This document shows, one piece after another, positions 8,836-17,385 of a stretch of 31,169 bases of DNA. The notes below the pieces were generated by a model. The model was given only the letters and a program-made list of their open reading frames with translations. It was not told where the DNA came from and did not search any database. Numbering within the stretch: the first letter of the stretch is position 1; the number at the start of each line of letters is the position of its first letter. The translations under genes and the position numbers were made by a program. This stretch comes from Candidatus Jordarchaeales archaeon (GTDB lineage Archaea; Asgardarchaeota; Jordiarchaeia; Jordiarchaeales; Freyrarchaeaceae), in NCBI GenBank assembly GCA_038889235.1, contig JAWAHN010000003.1:22437-53605 (forward strand), given 5' to 3'.

Positions 8836-9269
8836 CAGAACAGAAGTTTAACTCTCGGCTTTGAAAGGTACCAAACTGCTGCCAGTCCGAGGAAGATGAC
8901 TGCTACTCCGCTTACGACGTTAAAGTAAGGGAATTTCTGTGAAAGCAAGGCGATGAAAGTGCTTCTCGAGGAAAGCTGGTCGGGGGAGACGAAAATTCCA
9001 ACCAAGCCGGCAAGTACCATGAACGAGGAAAACACTATGATGATTAACCTCCCCCAGTTTTTGAGCTGGAAAAGAGCTACGGCGGAAACGCCAAACGTCA
9101 GTCCTACCGCGAGAAACATTGCGAGTAAAGCTGCGTCCAAAGGCTGGAGGAGACCCCAGCTAATCAGGTTTTCTAAGCCCCAAATAGAAACGGCGACCAA
9201 GAGAGCGCCAAAAGCGCAATATGCCAGGCTGAAAAAAGTGATCCCCTTAGTGCGCTCCATGCCAATCAC
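8829..9269 (-). CDS. Hypothetical integral membrane protein (about 4 TM segments)
   Basis: 146-aa ORF with four clear hydrophobic stretches and a polar basic N-terminus (MIGMERTKG). No family recognised. Confidence 0.7.
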   Translation of the reverse strand: MIGMERTKGITFFSLAYCAFGALLVAVSIWGLENLISWGLLQPLDAALLAMFLAVGLTFGVSAVALFQLKNWGRLIIIVFSSFMVLAGLVGIFVSPDQLSSRSTFIALLSQKFPYFNVVSGVAVIFLGLAAVWYLSKPRVKLLFWW

Positions 9270-9519
9270 CCTTTTAAATCAGAGTATACCACCCCGCTCA
9301 GGAACCTATTCTACTTAACTCCTCCGAAGCAAATGTAGCACCGGGCAACGTCCATTAAACATGAAATAGATGGGCGGCTCTTCCTCTTTTTTATTTCTGT
9401 CGAACCTCCTCTCAGTCGGCAGTTTTCCACGTGAACATCTTTCTCGCTACGGGCAGCCCCCTAAAGGAGGAAATCTTAAAAAGGGTTTTTAATTCTTATA
9501 CGGGTTGGGGGGGTTTGTA

Positions 9520-10566
9520 ATGTCATTTCTTAAGCCTCCATCTCCCGATGAGGTCTTCTCGATATGGGTTAGCGGGATGAGAGATGACGAGGTCGAGGAG
9601 CTTTTCGCCCGAAAGGATATGCCGTTCGATAGGTCAAGCGTGTCTGCCGCGGAATTTGTTAAGGAAGTTGACAGGAAGATCGCAGTATTTTTCATGTCAA
9701 AGGTTGAAACCGAAAGTTTAGAGTCTGAAAAGAAGGAGAGCAACTACGAAGGACTGCTAAAAGTTAAATTCTACGAGTTCCCTAAGGGGAAGGTTTCACC
9801 CGAACTCAAGCTAGACTCTAGGCTCCCCATGTTCAACTCGCTAGAGAAAGTTGAGTGCTCTGAATGTGCCGGTAAAGGCTATCTCGAGTGCGATAAGTGC
9901 GGTGGAAAAGGAACTTTACCTTGCAGTGAATGTGGCGAGAGCGGAGAGGTTTCTTGCGATGAGTGTGATGGATCCAAAGAGATTACGCTAACCCTGAGCG
10001 TTATTTCGAATGGAGAGGAAGTGGAGAAGGAGCTGAAAATCCAGTGCCCCACGTGCTTCGGCTCCGGAAAAGTGGTGTGTGGCAAGTGTGGCGGGCTCAC
10101 CAAGCTCGTCTGCAACGAGTGCGAAGGAGACGGCAAGTTCCCCTGCAAGAAGTGTAAAGGCGCCGGCATTGTTTTCTCATACAGCATCTCGCCCCCGCCT
10201 GTTTCAGGGAAAAAAGCTTACCTCATATACTCTAAGCCCGAGATAGATGAAGCTTTATCAGAAATGCTGGTGGATAAGATAAGCCAGCTTGAAGCCGTAA
10301 AGGTGAACGACTACAAACAACTTAACAAAGACGACCTAGAAGCCCTGCTCGGCTTCTACAACAAGGACGTAGACAGTAAAGCCAGCAGGGCGAGGAAACT
10401 TTTCGCTGAACTCGAAAAGAAAGCCGACAAGACTGGTGAAACACCACTCTACCCAATATACATATTCCCGATAGTAAGGCTGGACGTAGAAACAGTCAAA
10501 GGGAAAAGAATACAAGTGTTTGCGGTGGGGGGCGAGAAAAACTACACCACAATCACACTGCGATGA
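9520..10566 (+). CDS. Orphan protein with eight DnaJ-type CxxCxGxG zinc-finger units flanked by unknown N- and C-terminal domains
   Basis: The ORF is open from 9505. ATG 9520 follows GGTTGGGGGGG and a TATA-like TTTTTAATTCTTATA (9487-9501). The central region carries CSECAGKG, CDKCGGKG, CSECGESG, CDECDGS, then CPTCFGSG, CGKCGG, CNECEGDG, CKKCKGAG. Confidence 0.85.
   Translation: MSFLKPPSPDEVFSIWVSGMRDDEVEELFARKDMPFDRSSVSAAEFVKEVDRKIAVFFMSKVETESLESEKKESNYEGLLKVKFYEFPKGKVSPELKLDSRLPMFNSLEKVECSECAGKGYLECDKCGGKGTLPCSECGESGEVSCDECDGSKEITLTLSVISNGEEVEKELKIQCPTCFGSGKVVCGKCGGLTKLVCNECEGDGKFPCKKCKGAGIVFSYSISPPPVSGKKAYLIYSKPEIDEALSEMLVDKISQLEAVKVNDYKQLNKDDLEALLGFYNKDVDSKASRARKLFAELEKKADKTGETPLYPIYIFPIVRLDVETVKGKRIQVFAVGGEKNYTTITLR
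9856..10167 (+). repeat. Intragenic tandem 11-codon (33-nt) CxxCxGxG units, two blocks of four separated by a 23-codon spacer
   Basis: Read from the translation. Units start at residues 118, 129, 140 and 151, then 181, 192, 203 and 214, using ORF numbering from 9505. The 11-residue period within each block is exact. Confidence 0.85.
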
Positions 10567-10786
10567 AATCAACCTCCCCTTTTTCGACTACGAACAGCCC
10601 CCCACAAAAAGGGGACAACATCTTTCCCTCCCTTAGGAAAAGCAAGTTGGACCATCAAAGGAAATGGCGAAAGGAATAACGCTTTTAAGATAGACGCTAG
10701 GCAGCTTTCAGCAGAGTTTTTATATATCTTAAAGGTGAGGTTTCTTGAAAAAGGTAATCAGTTAAACCTCCGTTGGAGGATTAGGC

Positions 10787-11182
10787 GTGGATTTAGACAA
10801 AGCAATCGTGGTAGTCGCTAGGCGCATGAATAAACGCGCAGAGGAGCTGAGAGGGAGAACTCCAATTGTCGAGGTAATCGATCATGTTATGAGCGAAACT
10901 AAGTGTAAGAATTATGAAGAATTCTTTAGAATTCTTCTTGAGAATCCAAGGGTGCTTTATGATCTGGCTTCACTAAGAGTGAAAAACGCGATAGTTGACT
11001 CGTTTTTAAGCATGTTGTTCACGGAAATTTTCTCGAGGTTTGGCTTAGGAGAGTTGGGCCCCCTCCTCCTCGAAGCTATAAAAGCCGGGGACAAGGCAGA
11101 AGTCAAAAAGATTTTTCTGAAAGTTGCTGAAGCCGTGAAGGAAGCAGAAGAGAAAGAAAGTAAAACCTCTATCGAAACATAA
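10787..11182 (+). CDS. Hypothetical helical protein
   Basis: 131-aa ORF with a GTG start 8 nt after GGAGG (10775-10779). A TATA-like TTTTTATATATC lies at 10717-10728 and an oligo-T tract follows the stop. No family recognised. Confidence 0.7.
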   Translation: MDLDKAIVVVARRMNKRAEELRGRTPIVEVIDHVMSETKCKNYEEFFRILLENPRVLYDLASLRVKNAIVDSFLSMLFTEIFSRFGLGELGPLLLEAIKAGDKAEVKKIFLKVAEAVKEAEEKESKTSIET

Positions 11183-11728
11183 TTTTTCTCTTACCTTTTG
11201 CTCATTACGAAAAAGGGAAGGGGGCTTGAATGCTCCTCAGCTCGCCGGGCTAGAAAGTGGCCACCAAGCTTTGGTGTAAGTGAAGCTTAAATTAGTCGAC
11301 TTCGTTGTCATGTTGCTTACATGGGAAGCTTTGTCCGCGAATGTAATTTTAGAAAAACAGGAAACATTCTCTTGCCTGCTTAAGGCTTAACTTGGCATTG
11401 CTGAGATTTTCTTGAGGCAAGCGTTCTTCTGTCGGAGCTGTGTCACTCAACCCGGCGCTTGTTCTTTCAACCATACGAGCTTTAACGAGCGAAAACTTGC
11501 TTCCAAGTACATTTCCGTCTCTCTCACAATTCCTCGTATTGCAGCGACTTATAGGCGTCCCGGCGTTTGCTGTTTTTCCAGAAGTGCTACTGAAGTTTCA
11601 CCTGTTTTAATTTCTTTTGCAGCCCTCATACGCTGCTTCCTGAGCTTGGGTCTTCTGAGGACATTTTCCAGCGCGCATGTGATACCGTTCGTTTGGAAAT
11701 GTCGTTTCACACTGTTCGAATTAAGACG

Positions 11729-11740
11729 TAAAATTTAAAA
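11729..11740 (+). promoter_or_regulatory. TATA-like box of the ECF module promoter
   Basis: TAAAATTTAAAA lies ~40 nt upstream of ATG 11778 and directly abuts the inverted repeat. Confidence 0.55.
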
Positions 11741-11742
11741 CT

Positions 11743-11776
11743 TTGGTAATACTTTTTTGTAAAACAGTAATATCAA
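11743..11776. promoter_or_regulatory. Operator-like inverted repeat TTGGTAATAC-N14-GTAATATCAA (NikR-box-like geometry)
   Basis: Each 10-mer half matches the corresponding half of the 17611-17644 site at 9/10 positions with identical 14-nt spacing. It lies between the TATA-like box and the start codon. Confidence 0.6.
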
Positions 11777-11777
11777 T

Positions 11778-12572
11778 ATGAGGGTGTGCACCGTGCGCGG
11801 CTACTTTACGACGCGAGACCTAGCATACGTGTCCGTCACAACCGTGATGGTCTACGTGGTTGCTTTTGTGGCCATAATGAGTGTTTCGGCGTTCACAGCA
11901 TTTCCGGGAGCTAAGTCCATCGCGTCAGCCTTCTTCACGGCGATAGTGCTCGCCTTGGGCGCCATGAGGGTCAGAAAAATCGGAGTGATGAGCTTCGTAA
12001 CACTCCTGTGGGGCCTAATAAGCGCCTTCCTCTTCCCAGCAGTCCCCATACTCCTCCCCGCTACGCTAAGTGGTGGAGTAGCCGCAGACATCCTAGTCTT
12101 CCTTCTCAGAAAGGACTACTCAAGTGAGAGCGCGACCACCATTGCTTGCGGCGTCAGAAGCGGCGTCTCAACGCTCGTTGTGCTGTTGCTGGTGCTGGTT
12201 TTCGGCTCAAGCTCGCTTAGAGGCGCACCGCTCATCTTCCAATTATATGGTGCCACGCTGAGAGTGCAGGCTTTCCTCATGTTCATCAGTTTGGCGGGTG
12301 TTCCACCAGATGTCGCGTCGCTCTTCGGAGTGATTCTTACCGTGGGTGTTCTAGGCGCCTTCATGCCGAACTTGGGTGTTCCGGGGGAAATTGTGGCGTT
12401 TGCCGCGCCACTCCTGAAATTGCTAGGTGTTCAGGCTGGTGGCGTTGAAGCAGTGTTAACCCCATCGCTGATCGTCGTTATTTCGGCTCTTTGCTTCGCT
12501 CTTGGAGCCGCTGGCGGGTATGTTGGGGCACGCATAGGCAGGGAGCTTAAACTCGCGGGGGTTTACAGGTGA
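11778..12572 (+). CDS. Polytopic membrane protein, putative substrate-capture (S) component of the adjacent ECF transporter
   Basis: 264-aa ORF, almost entirely hydrophobic (about 7-8 TM segments). It is the first gene of an operon, with a GTGA overlap into the T component. It is longer than typical S components and no family signature was recognised. Confidence 0.72.
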   Translation: MRVCTVRGYFTTRDLAYVSVTTVMVYVVAFVAIMSVSAFTAFPGAKSIASAFFTAIVLALGAMRVRKIGVMSFVTLLWGLISAFLFPAVPILLPATLSGGVAADILVFLLRKDYSSESATTIACGVRSGVSTLVVLLLVLVFGSSSLRGAPLIFQLYGATLRVQAFLMFISLAGVPPDVASLFGVILTVGVLGAFMPNLGVPGEIVAFAAPLLKLLGVQAGGVEAVLTPSLIVVISALCFALGAAGGYVGARIGRELKLAGVYR

Positions 12573-13339
12573 TGCTGAGAGGGCTTCAGCTGACTAGCAC
12601 TAACACGTTTCTTAACGGCGTCGATCCGAGAGTCAAACTAGTGTTCGTTGCGGCTGTGAGTGTACTAAGTCTCGCTTTGAGCTCCTTTACCTCCCTTCTT
12701 TTTCTAGCACTGCTTCCAACTCTCACTCTGTCACTCGCTAGGGCGCTTGGCAGGGCTAGATTCTTCATTGTTTCGTTTCTCGTATTTTCTGCTCTGAGCG
12801 TTTTCGTTGTCTACCTTTTGAGGTTTGGCAGCGCTCTGGAATTTGCCAAGTTCTTTGTTAGGGTCTTCGCAGTGATGAACGCCGGCTTGTTCTTCGCTTT
12901 TACCACCTCACCCAACAAGTTTTCTAGGGGGCTTGAAAAGCTAAAGGTTCCGCGTTCAGTCTCCTTCACACTCACATTAACTATCAGGTTTATCCCTGTC
13001 TTTTTAAAGGAGGCGGAAGAAGTGTTGTCATCGTTGAAGGTGAGGGGGGTGAAGCTTGGGATAAGGGGGTTCATCAAAAACCCGAAGGTAGTATTACGGT
13101 CCTTGACCATACCTCTTATTGTACGCATGGTAAAAACCTCGGACGACCTGGCATCCGCCCTGGAGTCTAGAGGGTTTGGAAGCCCAGCTAAGAAGACCAG
13201 CCTTCACGAGGTGAAGGTAGGGAAGGTTGACTTAGCCTTCCTGTCCATCACTATGGCTTTCCTCGTCTCCCTCCTCTTGTTGGACCCATCCTTCTTCAGC
13301 TTTCTCGACTTTACAGCTTTCTGGAGGTTTATGGTTTGA
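12569..13339 (+). CDS. ECF transporter transmembrane (T) component, EcfT/CbiQ family
   Basis: 256-aa ORF with N-terminal GVDPRVKL and two Arg-Gly coupling motifs (SSLKVRGV, ALESRGFG). Start and stop overlap both neighbours. Confidence 0.85.
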   Translation: MMLRGLQLTSTNTFLNGVDPRVKLVFVAAVSVLSLALSSFTSLLFLALLPTLTLSLARALGRARFFIVSFLVFSALSVFVVYLLRFGSALEFAKFFVRVFAVMNAGLFFAFTTSPNKFSRGLEKLKVPRSVSFTLTLTIRFIPVFLKEAEEVLSSLKVRGVKLGIRGFIKNPKVVLRSLTIPLIVRMVKTSDDLASALESRGFGSPAKKTSLHEVKVGKVDLAFLSITMAFLVSLLLLDPSFFSFLDFTAFWRFMV

Positions 13340-14991
13340 GCGTTGAGGTCGAGCGTTTAAGTTATCGCTATCCCAACGCGGAAAGTGACTCGCTCGTCAA
13401 CGTCGACTTGAAGGTTAGTAGAGGAGAGTTCGTTCTCCTCGTTGGTAGAAGCGGTTGCGGTAAGACGACGCTGGCTAGGTGCATCAACGGACTTATACCA
13501 CACGTGTTCAAGGGCGAACTCAGGGGGGTAGTTAGAGTTGACGGGGTCAACGTGGCTGAGACTCCCGTGTATGAGATGGCTAAACTCGTCGGCATGGTTT
13601 TTCAGAACCCTGACACTCAGCTCTGCACGTTAACTGTGGAAGACGAGGTTGCCTTCGGCCCTGAGAACATTGGAGTTGAGAGAAGCGAAATTGAGGAGAG
13701 GGTTAAGTGGTCTCTTTCAAGTTTAGGGTTGGAAGGTCTTAGGTGGCGGAGCACTTTCAGTTTGTCCGATGGAGAAAAACAAAGGGTGGCTGTGGCGGCC
13801 GCCCTATCCATGCTTCCAAAGGTTCTAGTGCTTGATGAGCCAACGGCGAACCTCGACCCGAAAGCCTCCGAGATGCTCGTCGACACACTGAGAAAGTTGA
13901 GAGACAAGTATGATACCACGATTATACTAGTTGAGCACAGAGTTGACAGGTTCATTGAAGCGGCTGACAGAGTTGTCGTGATGGATTCAGGGAGAATAGT
14001 CGAAGACGGGCCTCCAGAAGTTGTAGTCAGGAAGGCCGACGTATTGGAGAAGTTGGGAATTCGAGTGCCTGAAGTCGTCGAGCTGTGTAAAGCGGTTGGG
14101 ATACCCCTAAACGGGGGGTTAGACGAACTTAGGTTCCTGGCCTTAGAGAGGATGAGGGAGCTGAGAGAGGCGAGCTTCGTCAACGACTGTTCGAGTCGCG
14201 GCGAGGAAATCCTGAGAATGGAGGATGTTGTGCTCAGTTACGGCGGTGTGTTCAGCCTTAGAGTTGACTTCTTCTCATTGTGCAGGGGGGAAGTTGTTGC
14301 TGTTATAGGTGGTAACGGCTCAGGAAAGACGACTCTCGCCAAGCTCATAGCTGGGCTCGTGAAGCCGAAAAAGGGTAGCATAAAAAGAGCGAAGGGTCTT
14401 AGGGTTGGGATGGTTTTCCAGAACTTCGAGGTTCAACTTTTCAGAAGTTCTGTCTTCGACGAGGTTGCCTTTCAACTCACCGAGAAGCTAGACCCAAACC
14501 ACGTTAAACGTAGGGTGGAATCCGTCCTGGCGGAGATGGGGCTCCTAAGTCTAATCGGCAGACACCCTCACTCCTTGAGCCAGGGTGAGAAGCAGAGAGT
14601 AGTCATAGCGTCTTTGATCGTCGACCCGCCGGACATACTCATACTCGACGAGCCGACAACAGGACAGGACGGGCATCACCTCAAAATACTGGAGGAAGCG
14701 GTGAAGAAAATGAAGATGAGCGGCGTGGCCACCGTTGTCATAACACACGACTTGTCCTTCGCCGCAAGGGTGGCAGAGCGGGCGGCGGTGGTGAGCGGCG
14801 GGAGAATCGCGATGACAGGAGACATCAGAGACATTTTGTACAAAATAGACGAGCTTGCAGGCTTCACCCCTCCAGAAACCGTTAAACTAGCGAGGGAAGC
14901 GGGATTAAGAGGGATTATTAAGCCAGGGGACTTTCAGGGTGTGTTCTGCAGCAAAGATGTGAGGAGTAGTATCGTCCAATGGGGTTATTAA
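13336..14991 (+). CDS. Fused double ABC ATPase of an ECF transporter (EcfA1-EcfA2 / YkoD-like)
   Basis: 551-aa ORF with two full cassettes. Walker A: GRSGCGKTT and GGNGSGKTT. Q-loop: VFQNP and VFQNF. Signature: LSDGEKQRV and LSQGEKQRV. Walker B: VLVLDEPT and ILILDEPT. H-loops: VEHR and ITHD. Confidence 0.93.
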   Translation: MSVEVERLSYRYPNAESDSLVNVDLKVSRGEFVLLVGRSGCGKTTLARCINGLIPHVFKGELRGVVRVDGVNVAETPVYEMAKLVGMVFQNPDTQLCTLTVEDEVAFGPENIGVERSEIEERVKWSLSSLGLEGLRWRSTFSLSDGEKQRVAVAAALSMLPKVLVLDEPTANLDPKASEMLVDTLRKLRDKYDTTIILVEHRVDRFIEAADRVVVMDSGRIVEDGPPEVVVRKADVLEKLGIRVPEVVELCKAVGIPLNGGLDELRFLALERMRELREASFVNDCSSRGEEILRMEDVVLSYGGVFSLRVDFFSLCRGEVVAVIGGNGSGKTTLAKLIAGLVKPKKGSIKRAKGLRVGMVFQNFEVQLFRSSVFDEVAFQLTEKLDPNHVKRRVESVLAEMGLLSLIGRHPHSLSQGEKQRVVIASLIVDPPDILILDEPTTGQDGHHLKILEEAVKKMKMSGVATVVITHDLSFAARVAERAAVVSGGRIAMTGDIRDILYKIDELAGFTPPETVKLAREAGLRGIIKPGDFQGVFCSKDVRSSIVQWGY

Positions 14992-15315
14992 GAAAAGTTA
15001 CCCGCCTCCAAGCATGAAAGGGAAGAGCGCAAGGCGCTCCCCGTCATAGATTGACGAAAGCACCTATCCACCACAACCCCACCTTCGAATGCTGGGCGAA
15101 ACCCTTCCCAATTTTCTGGCTTCGACGCCATGAACAACTTTTAGTTGAGAAACAGCTGGGTTAAACAGCATTCACGTGCTCCTCTCTAGTTATGGCAGCA
15201 TTTCACCTTTTACATCGTTCATCCCGTTAGTTACGCCGTTTGTCGATTTCCTCTGAAGGAGCCCGGGGTGTTGGAAGGCGAAAGTAGCCGCTACCCGGGC
15301 GCTTACCCCTTTTTC

Positions 15316-16140
15316 CTAGCTGGAAAATATCATTCGTCCATTCACGAACACGAGGAGTTTTCCCGGCTCGACCGACCTCCACTTTTCGTTAGTGAGGTAT
15401 ACTGGTTTAGGTGAGTAGTTGAGGGAGAGAGTTGTCACCAGGACGCCTTGCAGGCCTTTTTCCTTCCCTTCTTGCAGGATGACTTCTTCCTCACTGTCTA
15501 TTAGTCGCGTAGTTGGGAACGGCGCCATCCTAAAGGTTAACGCCATGCCATTGTAGCCTTCACTGTCATGGTAGACGAAAAGGTGTTCCCCGTCGCTCAT
15601 GGCGCAGTTGAGGAAAAAGTATTCGTTGATCTCGGCGAGCTTGTCTGCGAGCCACGAGAAGCCGTCTTCATCCCACGTCTCCACTCCACTCTCCATGCAG
15701 GCGAGAAGGTGGCAGAAAATGTACTCAGAACCCGTCTCGCCGTACGGTTTAAAATTTCCCAGCGGAAACCTCCTCTTAAACTCCAACCTTCTAAAGTTCC
15801 GCTTGAGGGAGCCGTTGTGCGCGAAAACATAGGTTTTGCCCTTCAGCTCCCTGCGAAAAGGGTGGGTGTTCTCGCAAGATGGGGGAGATAAACGCATGTT
15901 TGACGCGCGGCGAACGTGTGCAACAAAAATTTTGGATCGCACTTGCACGTCGGTTATCAGTGAGGTAAAAAGCCTGCTTTCCAGCGCCGTAGCAGGCTCC
16001 TTAACCACCCGCGCGGCTCCATCCTGGTACCATGCAACACCCCACCCATGCCAGTTAAACTTGCCCTTCACTCTAAAACCCCTAAGAGAGAAAGAAGCTG
16101 TAACAGGCTTATTGAAGCACATCGCTAGGAGGTCACACAA
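15316..16140 (-). CDS. Class II (Ntn-type) glutamine amidotransferase domain protein, YafJ-like
   Basis: 274-aa ORF beginning MCDLLAM (catalytic Cys2 after Met). HGWGVAWY, AHVRRAS, NTHPF and FAHNGS blocks are typical of GATase_2/COG0121. Confidence 0.87.
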   Translation of the reverse strand: MCDLLAMCFNKPVTASFSLRGFRVKGKFNWHGWGVAWYQDGAARVVKEPATALESRLFTSLITDVQVRSKIFVAHVRRASNMRLSPPSCENTHPFRRELKGKTYVFAHNGSLKRNFRRLEFKRRFPLGNFKPYGETGSEYIFCHLLACMESGVETWDEDGFSWLADKLAEINEYFFLNCAMSDGEHLFVYHDSEGYNGMALTFRMAPFPTTRLIDSEEEVILQEGKEKGLQGVLVTTLSLNYSPKPVYLTNEKWRSVEPGKLLVFVNGRMIFSS

Positions 16141-16680
16141 GCCACGACCCCCTGAAAACTAACACTTTCAAGCTTCTCATTAAAGGCCTCTCTTAAATAG
16201 TTGTGCCCAACTATTTTCAAGGCTCCTCCTCTACCGTGTTTTGCCACATTTCGAGGTGTCATGTCCTAGTAAGAAAGTTTCTCGTTGACAGGAAGGCTGA
16301 GCTCAGCCGCGCCCCAAACCATAAAGGCTCAAACTTCTCAGCCTACCGCAGATAAAAGGCTTCTTCCCAGAGCTAGATAGGCATAGAAAAGTAGTAGACC
16401 TAGAAGCAATAAGCAGAGCGCACAACTAAAGTGAGGGTAGGCTGCATGTGAACCTCCTAATAACTGAGCCCCATTTTTTAAAGTGACCCTTTCAATCCTA
16501 CCGCTAGGTGCTTCGAAGACTCGACTTACACGCTGAAAGTCAAACTGGCGTTACGGAACAGTGGGCCCCTTGCCCAAAAGGTCAAAGGCGAGGGTGCCAC
16601 GTACCTCTGCTGAGCCCTCTCCAGGGGGCGTAAAGCTTGTATTCCTCGCCGCCGCCTTTCTTGGTGGCTGGTGGTGGCGT

Positions 16681-17385
16681 TTGCAGGGAGAAAACCTATC
16701 GTCGCTGAAGAGGATAATCGACGAACACATGAAAATGGTTTCAGGGTTAAAGGAGCACTGCGAAAGGTGCCTTAGGACTGAAAGGTGGGGTGGGAGCGTC
16801 GTGCTCATGGTTGTCGATGCAGCCTTCACCTCGATAGGGCTAAACTATTTCACAGCGGTTGTGCCAAAAGTCGAAGAGTTCAGTAGAAGGTTTGTTGAAA
16901 CGGGGCGTATAACCCGCTTAAGGGACCTCGCAGAATCCAGCTTAGAGGAGCTCACAGCCGTCTGGCGCAACAAGAGATCGCTAATGGTTGCCAAAGAAGT
17001 AGCAGCCTACCTTTCAACCTTGAGCGAGGACGACAGGGAGGCTTTAAGAAGCTGGGCTAGGAGTGCAAGAATAGAGGAGTGGAAGCGCGACCCCATAGGA
17101 AGAATAAAGGGGGTCGGCTTAGTCACATTCCAATACCTGAGGATGATGGGTGGAATAGACACGGTGATGCCCGACAAGATAGTCAAAAGAGTGATAAACG
17201 GGATACTTGCAGAAGCAGGGCTTAAACCTGTCGAAGACGACCTAGAATTCGTGAGAACAGTGGAGCGGCTGGCTGTTGTGTGCGGTTACAGGCCAATAGA
17301 GCTCTGCTGGATGACGTGGCTCATACAACCAGAAGGAAAAAAGATGAGGATGGAAAAATACGCCCCACTACTCCAAAAAATATGA
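16681..17385 (+). CDS. Hypothetical protein with helix-hairpin-helix (endonuclease III-like) motif
   Basis: The ORF is open from 16561. TTG 16681 follows GGTGGTGG, and ATG 16729 is an alternative start. IGRIKGVGLVTFQYLRMMGGIDTVMPDKIVKRV resembles the HhH followed by a 'PVDxHVxRV'-type segment. Function unknown. Confidence 0.65.
   Translation: MQGENLSSLKRIIDEHMKMVSGLKEHCERCLRTERWGGSVVLMVVDAAFTSIGLNYFTAVVPKVEEFSRRFVETGRITRLRDLAESSLEELTAVWRNKRSLMVAKEVAAYLSTLSEDDREALRSWARSARIEEWKRDPIGRIKGVGLVTFQYLRMMGGIDTVMPDKIVKRVINGILAEAGLKPVEDDLEFVRTVERLAVVCGYRPIELCWMTWLIQPEGKKMRMEKYAPLLQKI

Noticed and set aside
11412-11738. 108-aa plus-strand ORF upstream of the ECF module
   Set aside because: It has a TTG start with no SD or TATA context and an odd Cys/Ser/Phe-rich composition. 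It runs into the promoter of the next operon and no family was recognised. I treat it as non-coding or as the shadow of a decayed minus-strand frame.
16561-16680. 40-codon N-terminal extension of the HhH-motif ORF (MGPLPKRSKARVPR...GGWWWR)
   Set aside because: It is a low-complexity basic/Trp-rich translation and is also open on the opposite strand (16551-16829). An internal TTG with a GGTGGTGG motif is more plausible, although the true start is unresolved.
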